Source: Euryarchaeota archaeon UBA182
Lineage (GTDB): Archaea; Thermoplasmatota; Poseidoniia; Poseidoniales; Thalassarchaeaceae
Reading direction: 5' to 3'
Assembly: GCA_002495675.1 (NCBI GenBank)
Contig: DAGH01000023.1
Location: forward strand, 1,184-65,183
DNA length: 64,000 nucleotides
Shown here: piece by piece, positions 56,433 to 64,000 of the stretch
How positions within the stretch are numbered: position 1 is the stretch's first letter
How the letters are laid out: every line of letters begins with the position of its first letter
The notes under the pieces: generated by a model
What the model was told of the DNA's origin: nothing
What the model saw: the letters and a program-made list of their open reading frames with translations, nothing else
The model's database searches: none
Position numbers and translations under genes: made by a program

Positions 56433-56999
56433 TCAGCCTCCAAAGCCCGGATCTGGATCACTCGCTGGTCCAGTAATGGGCTTATTCTGAATCCCCTCTG
56501 AGAGAATCTTCGATGCACTCATTATTGAATCGACTATTTGTTGATAGCCAGTGCACCTGCAAAGGTTTCCTTCAATTGCATCCATTGCCTCCTGTCGGGT
56601 TGGGGTGGGATTTGCTTCCAACAAAGCCGCACTTGTGACCAAGAACCCTGGAGTACAAAATCCACATTGACTGCCCCCGCACTCAGCAAACATCTCTTGA
56701 ATGGGATGTAGATGATGTCCATCAGATAGCCCCTCTACTGTGGTTACCTGCCGGTCTTTTGCCTCCAAAGCCAAGGTCATGCATGATAATCTTGGTTCAC
56801 CATCGATTAGCACCGTGCAACACCCACATGTCCCCATGTCACACCCCCTCTTGGTGCCCAGAGATCCAATACCATCCCTAAGCACATCAAGTAGAATGTC
56901 ATGACTTTTGATGATTGTCTGCACTTGTTTCCCATTTACTGACGCAGTCCAGACCTCCACCGGGGGGCTACCTGCCAAAGGGAGCGGATGGGATGCCAT
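56433..56999 (-). CDS. (2Fe-2S)-binding small subunit of xanthine-oxidase-family enzyme (HcrC/CoxS-like)
   Basis: GTKRGCDMGTCGCCTV...SC; QCGFCTPG; GNLCRCTGY. Confidence 0.95.
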   Translation of the reverse strand: MASHPLPLAGSPPVEVWTASVNGKQVQTIIKSHDILLDVLRDGIGSLGTKRGCDMGTCGCCTVLIDGEPRLSCMTLALEAKDRQVTTVEGLSDGHHLHPIQEMFAECGGSQCGFCTPGFLVTSAALLEANPTPTRQEAMDAIEGNLCRCTGYQQIVDSIMSASKILSEGIQNKPITGPASDPDPGFGG

Positions 57000-57040
57000 G
57001 TTCCTCGACTTGCAAGCAGGTGTAAGAGACTTAGGGCTGG

Positions 57041-57688
57041 TCAGCCAATGTCGTCGACCACCTTGGACATCACTGATTGCTCTATGAGTTTGAGATGGCC
57101 CCCCATTGTTGATCTCGCCATGCCCATGCTTTCCGCTAGATCCTTGATCTTGATTCCCCTTTCCTCCGAGTAATAACCCAGCAAAACTGCCTGTCGCAAT
57201 ACTTCAATTTGCCGTTCCGTTAGTATATCTCTCCAGACATCCCCTTCGTTACTCTTTACAGATTGTATGCTGATAGAATCCCATGGCATGGTTATTTTGA
57301 ACAATTCAATTAACCGTTTCATGGAATCTGACCTGCCCGTGAAATTTAGTTCGAGTCCGTCCTTGTCCAATCCGTAAGGTGGGTGTAGGTGTATTTTTTC
57401 CAAATCCAACATCATCATAGGTATGGAATGAGTCAAATTGACCGAAGCGAGGTATGAGCCGGTTTCTTCATCCTTCTCGTGGATTTCCAAGACATCAAAG
57501 GTCGGAATATGATCTATTTTTTCCAACCCACCTTCTTCTGGTATTATTTCGGCAAGGTGCTCAATACCATCTTCACCGAGCTTCATGTGGGCGAGAACCT
57601 CGTATTTGTGCACGACATCCATTAATTGTTTGAATTCAGTTATCCCCTCTAGGTCGGAACGATTCCACCGTAGCCTCAAACGTCGCAC
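57041..57688 (-). CDS. Transcription regulator with C-terminal HTH_10 (bacterio-opsin activator-type) domain
   Basis: LTERQIEVLRQAVLLGYY...IKDLAESMGMARSTMGGHLK. Start set at GTG 57688. Confidence 0.85.
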   Translation of the reverse strand: MRRLRLRWNRSDLEGITEFKQLMDVVHKYEVLAHMKLGEDGIEHLAEIIPEEGGLEKIDHIPTFDVLEIHEKDEETGSYLASVNLTHSIPMMMLDLEKIHLHPPYGLDKDGLELNFTGRSDSMKRLIELFKITMPWDSISIQSVKSNEGDVWRDILTERQIEVLRQAVLLGYYSEERGIKIKDLAESMGMARSTMGGHLKLIEQSVMSKVVDDIG

Positions 57689-57743
57689 GTTATTCAAAAT
57701 AAACTCATTAGTTATGAAATTGAAGGTGAGGGATAACAACCGT

Positions 57744-58553
57744 TCATGATCTGGTTCTAGTCATGGATATAATCTCACTACATACCGAGAAAGCGATTTC
57801 TTCGACCGTAACAGCCCCGATTGGAGAACCTATTGGACATCTGACTCCATTCAAACGCTCATCAGAGATGCCTTCATTTCTCGCTGATTTAGTAAACTCC
57901 CTCCACTTCGTTTTGGACCCGATGCAACCCAATCGGAATGGAAGCTCCTCGATATGTGAAAGCAGCCCAATCAGTAGCTTCTGGTCTATCGCCCAATCAT
58001 GGCCAAGCAGAAGGATGTCTGAGAATCGGGATAGACTAGAAGGCGTTTCGACGCTCAAGAATTCATCGGCTTCGGAATGGATCCTCTCTGATGCGTTGGG
58101 GAACATTTCAGGAGATGTAAAGTTCTCACGTTCATCGAAGACACTGTGGTGCCATCCCAGTAGATCACATGCCTCACTGATAGCCTTGGCAACATGCCCA
58201 CCGCCCATCAGGAGGATGTGGGGACAGGGTTCAAACTTCTCGAAAGCCACAGTCACCCGGCCACCACAGAGGCTGTTTAGGTTGGTGGTATCAGGATCAT
58301 TGGATGATCTGGAGAGGACGAATGTCTCTATGCCACCGGGAGACCCATTCAGCATAGCGCTAAGCCTTCCCTCAATTTTTACTTCCAGGCCCGCCCCGCC
58401 GACTGTACCATGTCTAGCACCAGAGGAAGAAAATGCCATTTTCGCTCCTACTTTCGCTGGAACACTTCCGTCCGACTCAATTATCGATGCCATTGCGACG
58501 ATGTTCAACTGTTCGAGTTGATTTAATGCCCACATCAACGTCTTTGAGCCCAT
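57744..58553 (-). CDS. xdhC: XdhC/CoxF family molybdoenzyme maturation factor
   Basis: GSVPAKVGAKM, GTVGGAGLE, LCGG, MGGGHVA, LGCIGSKTK, CPIG...EEIAFSV. Start ATG 58553. Confidence 0.9.
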   Translation of the reverse strand: MGSKTLMWALNQLEQLNIVAMASIIESDGSVPAKVGAKMAFSSSGARHGTVGGAGLEVKIEGRLSAMLNGSPGGIETFVLSRSSNDPDTTNLNSLCGGRVTVAFEKFEPCPHILLMGGGHVAKAISEACDLLGWHHSVFDERENFTSPEMFPNASERIHSEADEFLSVETPSSLSRFSDILLLGHDWAIDQKLLIGLLSHIEELPFRLGCIGSKTKWREFTKSARNEGISDERLNGVRCPIGSPIGAVTVEEIAFSVCSEIISMTRTRS

Positions 58554-58644
58554 AAAAAAACATCCAGAGCGGTGTTCAGACACCCCTTACAACAACCTGC
58601 AATGATTGGGAAGTGATAAGTCTTGTAGCCTCTTGTCACACCTT

Positions 58645-59850
58645 GTGAACCCTATATTGGAGACAATCCTAATTTCGATGAGGGATGCATTCCTGGCGGT
58701 CACAGTATTCGTCGCTGTCATGGTCCTTCTGTTCAGTTGGTTGCAGTACCTCACTGCGGGGAGGTTTGTTGATTGGATAAGATCCAGAAAGAAGTGGCAA
58801 CCGGTAATCGGTGCATTGATGGGATCGATCCCAGGTTGTGGAGGCGCTATCATCATCATGCCGATGTTTGCGAAGGGGTACGTCACTTATGGGACTGTTC
58901 TGGCAACCTTGATTGCGACCCTGGGGGATTCTGCCTTCGTGCTGTTCGGGGCCGTGATTCAAGATGATAAATTCCTCACCCCTGTTCTGGTAGTTCATGT
59001 CATCTCATTCCTAGCAGGCGTGATCTGGGGTTATGGAGCGGACTTGCTATCGATTACGCCGGATAATCCCATTGGGCTCAGGTTATCTGCGCATGATTCT
59101 AGCGAATTAGCACATCAAAGAGATCACCAATTCGAAGATTTTGAACAGGGAGATATTATTTCCGACTTAGCCAGGGAGGAGCCCGGTACCCTATCCTACA
59201 AGATAGTTCACAGCGGCTACAAGGTGTGGTGGTTGGTGACAATCAGTGGCCTGATCCTAGGCGTATTGCTCATATTCTGGTTGGCTCAGGACCCAGATTA
59301 CAACCCTGAATTGTCAGCGGACATATCCACGAGAGATGGAATTCTCACCTTTATCGGTGTGACAGGCACGCTTTTGTCATTGGTGTTGTATGTTGCTGGC
59401 AGGAGTTTCATTGCTGACGATACAGAGGCCTCTATCGGGGACAAACTCCATTCATTTGACGAAACCCTGACCCATGCTGCGTCGGAGACGGCATTTGTCA
59501 CGGTGTGGGTCTTGGTGGCGTACTTAGTCTTCGAAGGCCTAATTATCGCCACCGGAATAAGCGAGGCCGACCTCGCTGCAGGGGGGGATGGTCCTTTGGC
59601 CGTGGCAGTGGCTGCCTCAATCGGATTGATCCCTGGATGCGGCCCTCAAATAATCGCATTTACTGCATATGTCGAGGGCATTTTTTCCTTCCCGGCGCTG
59701 GTCGCAAACGCCATATCTCAGGATGGAGATGCCCTCTTTCCCCTATTAGTACGTCATCGGGCCGCTTCCCTATGGGCCACCTTACACACACTGGTACCGG
59801 GATTAATCTGCGGGATGGTCCTGCTATCTTTTGGTGTTGACCTTCCATGA
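58645..59850 (+). CDS. Putative heavy-metal/manganese transporter (10-TM, duplicated IPGCG motif family)
   Basis: LMGSIPGCGGAII, ATLGDSAF, IGLIPGCGPQI, NAISQDGDALFP; His-containing central loop. Start set at GTG 58645. Confidence 0.78.
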   Translation: MNPILETILISMRDAFLAVTVFVAVMVLLFSWLQYLTAGRFVDWIRSRKKWQPVIGALMGSIPGCGGAIIIMPMFAKGYVTYGTVLATLIATLGDSAFVLFGAVIQDDKFLTPVLVVHVISFLAGVIWGYGADLLSITPDNPIGLRLSAHDSSELAHQRDHQFEDFEQGDIISDLAREEPGTLSYKIVHSGYKVWWLVTISGLILGVLLIFWLAQDPDYNPELSADISTRDGILTFIGVTGTLLSLVLYVAGRSFIADDTEASIGDKLHSFDETLTHAASETAFVTVWVLVAYLVFEGLIIATGISEADLAAGGDGPLAVAVAASIGLIPGCGPQIIAFTAYVEGIFSFPALVANAISQDGDALFPLLVRHRAASLWATLHTLVPGLICGMVLLSFGVDLP

Positions 59851-60420
59851 GCGATATATTTCATGCCATGCCCTCTCTAGAAAAATCACATCCTCGGGAG
59901 TGTCTACATTTATGTGGATGTAGGGGTCGTCAACCTCAAAACGAGAGAATTTGATCAGGTCCTTGAGTGACGAGTGTGGTTTGGCCTCTCTTATGGCGGT
60001 GATACCCCTCCAATCCAACAATACCGGATGACCTCCCCTACCGTCTTTCTTAGGACAGGAGCTTGAATCTGCTTCCATCAAAATTCTGAGTGTTTTTGAG
60101 CTAAAACCCGGCCTGTCAATCGGAGCTAAAATCACTTTTTTCGGCCATCCAAGTGCCTCCAATCCAATTTGAATTGAGCCTGTCCTACCCAGATCTGGTT
60201 CATCGTTCCTTACAAAAATCACAGAATCTGTGTTGAGGTCGCATTCGCCTGAGTTAGGGCCAAGCACGACACAAGTTCTCATACCGTGTTCTATCATGAC
60301 CTCAACCATTCTCGATAGGAGCGTCTGCCCATCCATTTTTATCGAGGCCTTGTCAAAGCCCAATCTTCTGCTCAGACCTCCCGCGAGTATCAAGCAATTC
60401 GGGAGATCCTCATCGATCAT
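59824..60420 (-). CDS. Molybdenum cofactor nucleotidyltransferase (MocA/MobA-like NTP transferase)
   Basis: LILAGGLSRRLGFDKA, APIDRP, GRGGHPV, NVDTPED; near a XO-family enzyme and xdhC. Confidence 0.85.
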   Translation of the reverse strand: MIDEDLPNCLILAGGLSRRLGFDKASIKMDGQTLLSRMVEVMIEHGMRTCVVLGPNSGECDLNTDSVIFVRNDEPDLGRTGSIQIGLEALGWPKKVILAPIDRPGFSSKTLRILMEADSSSCPKKDGRGGHPVLLDWRGITAIREAKPHSSLKDLIKFSRFEVDDPYIHINVDTPEDVIFLERAWHEIYRSWKVNTKR

Positions 60421-60427
60421 AGCGCCA

Positions 60428-61378
60428 CTAACCTATGAATAACTGTGAGACGTAGAAAAAGTATCCAAACAGCAAGAAGGCCCCCAACGGTTTTGATACC
60501 CCCTTGCCTAGGAATATCGACACGCAGATTATCCCAGAACTCCCAAGGAGTACCCAGATGTCTAGAGTTAGGAAAGATTCTGACACAGACAATCCTTGTG
60601 CTACAATTGCTCCAATACCAAGTACGGCCATTACATTGGCCACGTTCGAGCCAAGAATATTTCCGATTGCTACGCCTTGGACCCCACGAATCGAGGCGGT
60701 TATCGTGACCGCCAACTCAGGTAGTGAGGTCCCGAAAGCCACGAGTGTGAGCCCAATAACTGCCTCTGAGACGCCAATCGAAATGGCAAGCCCCACCCCT
60801 CCCTCTATTAGTAGATCTGATCCGTATTTTACCAAAATAAGGCCGACCAAGAATGCGATAATTGCATATGCGTAGCCCTGAGGTATCCAAGAATCCTCTT
60901 CGCCCTCATCGTCGCCCCCCCTTGTTCTAAAGATGTAGGCATAGTATCCCCCCATCCAGATAATGGATAAGACACCGAGCCATACGGGGAACTTTCCTAT
61001 AATCACCGATAGGACGACAAATGCGGTTGCAGCGAGCAACATCAAAGCATCTTGTTTGAGGTCCTTGTCAGGTTGAGATGCGGCACCTATCAACATCGCG
61101 ATGGCTAAAACCAACATAACATTAGCAATATTGGACCCTATCACACCCCCAACAGCCAGATCCACTGCTTCCGGACTACCGCGATTAATCGCATTCAATA
61201 TAACTCCTAGTTCTGGCAGACTTGTCCCAATCGCAACCAGTGTGAAACCAACCAAGAATGAGGGCATACCCAACAAGCCAGCAATTCTTATAGAGCCCTG
61301 AACGACTAATTCGCCCCCTAAAACCAGCAAAACCAGACCGATTGTTAGCAGGACCCCATCTGGAAGTCCCCCGAGCAT
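60428..61378 (-). CDS. Calcium/sodium antiporter (CaCA, YrbG-like)
   Basis: Two alpha repeats VAIGTSLPEL / VAFGTSLPEL, plus GSNIAN / GSNVAN. Start ATG 61378. Confidence 0.92.
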   Translation of the reverse strand: MLGGLPDGVLLTIGLVLLVLGGELVVQGSIRIAGLLGMPSFLVGFTLVAIGTSLPELGVILNAINRGSPEAVDLAVGGVIGSNIANVMLVLAIAMLIGAASQPDKDLKQDALMLLAATAFVVLSVIIGKFPVWLGVLSIIWMGGYYAYIFRTRGGDDEGEEDSWIPQGYAYAIIAFLVGLILVKYGSDLLIEGGVGLAISIGVSEAVIGLTLVAFGTSLPELAVTITASIRGVQGVAIGNILGSNVANVMAVLGIGAIVAQGLSVSESFLTLDIWVLLGSSGIICVSIFLGKGVSKPLGAFLLFGYFFYVSQLFIG

Positions 61379-61433
61379 GCCGCCCCGTGGATCTGATGAG
61401 ATATAAGGAACGGGTGAATTATTCAGTGTTAAA

Positions 61434-63956
61434 TCAGAGTATTCTTTTGATGTGGCGGACCAATAATTCCACATCAGGAATGGTGTGGTCCTCCAGAGGT
61501 GGCGAGAAAGGAACTGGCACATCAAGAGCCCCAAGTACCACTGGGGGCGACTCAAGCGACCAGAATGATCCTTCTAGGACTGCAGAGGAAACTGTATGGC
61601 CAAAGCCGCCTGTCCATTGTGCCTCTTGAAGGACGATCATACGCCCAGTCTTATTCACCGATCGGATACAGGTGTCTCTGTCGAATGGATTCAACGTTCT
61701 CAGGTCGATAACCTCAACATCGACCCCCTCCATCGAAAGTTTTCTTGAAGCATTCATGGCAACGTGAACCATTGCGCCCCATGTGATTACCGTGATGTCC
61801 TCGCCAGGGTCCACAATTCGTGCCTTACCTATGGTGTGCCTACCTTCACGTACCCTTTCTCTAACAGAATGAGTATCTACGTTTTGGCTTATCCGATCAC
61901 CCCAACCAGTCAGGCCTCCGCGCAAACCGTACAAACCAATGTGCTCAAACAAGACAAATGGGTCATCCAGAGAGTGCCCCTCAATGAGTAGATCATAGGC
62001 ATCCTGAGGGTTTGAGGGAAATCCAATTATCAAACCGGGGTCGTTTAGAAACCAAGATTCGATAACGTTTGCATGATAGGGACCACTTCTCGTTTTACCA
62101 CCAAGCGGAATTCTAACCGTAATTGGGACCTCGGCCCCCCATCTCCATCTTAATTGGGCTGCATTGTTCACCAGAGCGTTCATTGCTAGTGCTGCGAAAC
62201 CACCAAACTGAATCTCAGCGATCGGCCTCAAACCCCCTAATGCAGCACCAGTCGCGCTATTTATTATGATGGATTCAGACAATGGCATATCGAGAAGTTT
62301 ACCCCCGTGTCCCTTTGCTTTGAGTGCTAGGTTCAATCCGAACGCACCCGCGACTTCCATGTCTTCCCCCATAAACAGAGCATTTTCTCCCTCATTGTCT
62401 GCAATATCGACCATTGCATTTTGAATGGCCCTACTGAAAGTCCAAGCATTCGAAGCAGCCTCAAACTTCATCGGTCGAATGTCTGATTGGCTGGGAACCG
62501 GTTTCATTCCCTCTAAATCTTTGATTTGTTGGTGATGTGTTCTTGCGTTCGTCAGTTTTGACGTTCCAATAACGACCGACTCAGGCTCGGGCCATTTCAT
62601 TGATTCGACAGTCAATCGCGCCTCAGCACAACTGGCTTCCTCCTCGTCAACAATCGATTTGAGTAACCTGGAGCCAACCCCCAGTTCTCGAAGTAAACGC
62701 TCATGATTCTCAATTGGCTCCTTCTTTGACCAATATTGCATTAATTCTTCTCCTACATAACCCGGGGGATTTCCATTCTCAGCACCCAAATACAGGTCAT
62801 CGTGGTGATGTGCATGTCCGCAACCCCTCATTGTCTCAACATGGACAATGCATCCTCCACAGCCGGATACAGCCAATTCACGAGCAACACAGACTGACGC
62901 ATAATATATCGCAGGATCAGATCCATCTATGCTCCAAGCCGGAAGCCCCACCGAGGCCCCTTTGTCCCCAAATGTCTCTGCACCGGATTGTTTGTTTGAG
63001 AATGTATCCAACGCAATTTGATTGTTTTGAATTATGTAACATATCGGCAAACCCCTCGCTCCGGCGAAATTTATGGCCTCCCAAAACTCTCCGCTGCTGC
63101 TGCAACCCTCTCCAACAGGAGCCAGAGTGAACCTCCCATCACCCTTTCTTGAAGAAGCTAGAGCAATCCCCGTAGCAGTGGCGCTCGCTATTGGCAGCGG
63201 CGCAGTAGGGGGCAAGATACCGTAATCCCAGTCTCCTATGTGGAGATCCCTACCGCCGAAGTCAGAATGACCTCCATCCATTTTCGATCCTGATTTTCCC
63301 ATTTGGGCAGACATAATAGACAATGGCGTCTGACCCATCGAAAGTGCAAGCCCGAGATCTCTGATCATGGGGGCTGCCACATCCTTGCCCAAATGCAACG
63401 CCGTCCCACATGCTGCGATCGGTTCTTGCCAAGTTGATCTGAATCCCTTGCCACCAAATTTTGTCCCATCTGGGGTTTCTACACCCTCAACAAATAGCTC
63501 CTTCAAATGCCGATCTAGTATTCTTGTCCTTATCATTAGCCTGTGCCAATGTATACGCTCCTCATTAGTTATCGATGAAAGATATGCTAGCCTCCTTAGC
63601 AAGAGCCGTAAATCTAGGATTAACCTTGTCCTTCTCCTCGAAAGGTAAAGTCTACCATCTCTCCTTGGCATGATTTCAGCCTGCAACACATTGTTTATCT
63701 TGGAGATGTGAAGCCTGTCCTCAAATGCATCATAAACAAGATCGCAGAATAACTCCGACCATTTGTGAAAATCTTCGCCGTTCATTGATTTTGGTGCAAC
63801 ACAGTCCTCAAGTACATCTTTCACCAATTCCAAGTACCCATCCCATCTTTCTGCTGTAAACCTAAGGATCTCACCAATCAGTTCTCCCGGGTCTATGGCT
63901 TTGTTAAATTTCAGATGGCTCATAGGCTTCCAATTACCGCCCCATATTTTGGGCAA
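61434..63956 (-). CDS. Fused E1 alpha/beta subunit of a TPP-dependent 2-oxoacid dehydrogenase, with N-terminal extension (possibly 5'-truncated at window edge)
   Basis: alpha: VGEG...EAINFA...IQNNQIA, IDGSD; beta: MGED, DMPLSE, AEIQF, GPYH, EVIDLRTL, SVNKTGR, DVPVPF. The reading frame has no stop between 63956 and the window end; an internal ATG lies at 63923. Confidence 0.85.
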   Translation of the reverse strand: MPKIWGGNWKPMSHLKFNKAIDPGELIGEILRFTAERWDGYLELVKDVLEDCVAPKSMNGEDFHKWSELFCDLVYDAFEDRLHISKINNVLQAEIMPRRDGRLYLSRRRTRLILDLRLLLRRLAYLSSITNEERIHWHRLMIRTRILDRHLKELFVEGVETPDGTKFGGKGFRSTWQEPIAACGTALHLGKDVAAPMIRDLGLALSMGQTPLSIMSAQMGKSGSKMDGGHSDFGGRDLHIGDWDYGILPPTAPLPIASATATGIALASSRKGDGRFTLAPVGEGCSSSGEFWEAINFAGARGLPICYIIQNNQIALDTFSNKQSGAETFGDKGASVGLPAWSIDGSDPAIYYASVCVARELAVSGCGGCIVHVETMRGCGHAHHHDDLYLGAENGNPPGYVGEELMQYWSKKEPIENHERLLRELGVGSRLLKSIVDEEEASCAEARLTVESMKWPEPESVVIGTSKLTNARTHHQQIKDLEGMKPVPSQSDIRPMKFEAASNAWTFSRAIQNAMVDIADNEGENALFMGEDMEVAGAFGLNLALKAKGHGGKLLDMPLSESIIINSATGAALGGLRPIAEIQFGGFAALAMNALVNNAAQLRWRWGAEVPITVRIPLGGKTRSGPYHANVIESWFLNDPGLIIGFPSNPQDAYDLLIEGHSLDDPFVLFEHIGLYGLRGGLTGWGDRISQNVDTHSVRERVREGRHTIGKARIVDPGEDITVITWGAMVHVAMNASRKLSMEGVDVEVIDLRTLNPFDRDTCIRSVNKTGRMIVLQEAQWTGGFGHTVSSAVLEGSFWSLESPPVVLGALDVPVPFSPPLEDHTIPDVELLVRHIKRIL

Positions 63957-64000
63957 GTCAGATTGATTTCCGTTGTAAGTCTCAGAATCCCAACTTATCG

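Noticed and set aside
57041..57688. Rhodopsin regulon implied by the bacterio-opsin-activator-type HTH
   Set aside because: HTH_10 is a widespread archaeal regulator domain; no PAS/GAF region is recognisable and no opsin gene is in the window.
1..64000. CRISPR arrays, IS elements, integrases, prophage genes, rRNA
   Set aside because: No regularly spaced repeats, transposase/integrase/capsid motifs or rRNA-like stretches seen; intergenic gaps are all short (<~230 bp).

Overview
Gene-dense (~50% GC by eye) archaeal chromosome segment with about 48 plausible protein genes and 2 tRNA genes (tRNA-Gln(CTG), tRNA-Leu(TAG)). Archaeal markers: Gar1-like protein, AroA'/AroB' (3-dehydroquinate synthase II) pathway, GHMP-type shikimate kinase, HTH_10 regulator, A1-U72 tRNA-Gln and GGAGGTG-type SD sites. 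These sit alongside many bacterial-type enzymes (SufCBD, GpsA, AcnA, FeS-type photolyase) and very large acidic surface proteins. That mix is most consistent with Marine Group II Euryarchaeota (Ca. Poseidoniales); this is an inference, not proven. I found no CRISPR array, transposase, integrase or prophage. The most notable system is a three-subunit xanthine-oxidase-family molybdoenzyme with the signatures of 4-hydroxybenzoyl-CoA reductase (HcrCAB-like). It is accompanied by XdhC and Moco-nucleotidyltransferase genes, a regulator and a metal transporter, and is followed on the same strand by a DUF4350/MoxR/DUF58 module. Other oddities: a bacterial G3P dehydrogenase near a split DedA-superfamily membrane protein, a Gar1 with a zinc finger and basic tail, a ~2150-aa FG-GAP surface protein, and a fused E1alpha/beta 2-oxoacid dehydrogenase with atypical motifs that may run off the window end. 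All family calls come from motif recognition by eye, without database searches. Several starts were moved from the ORF track to more plausible codons.
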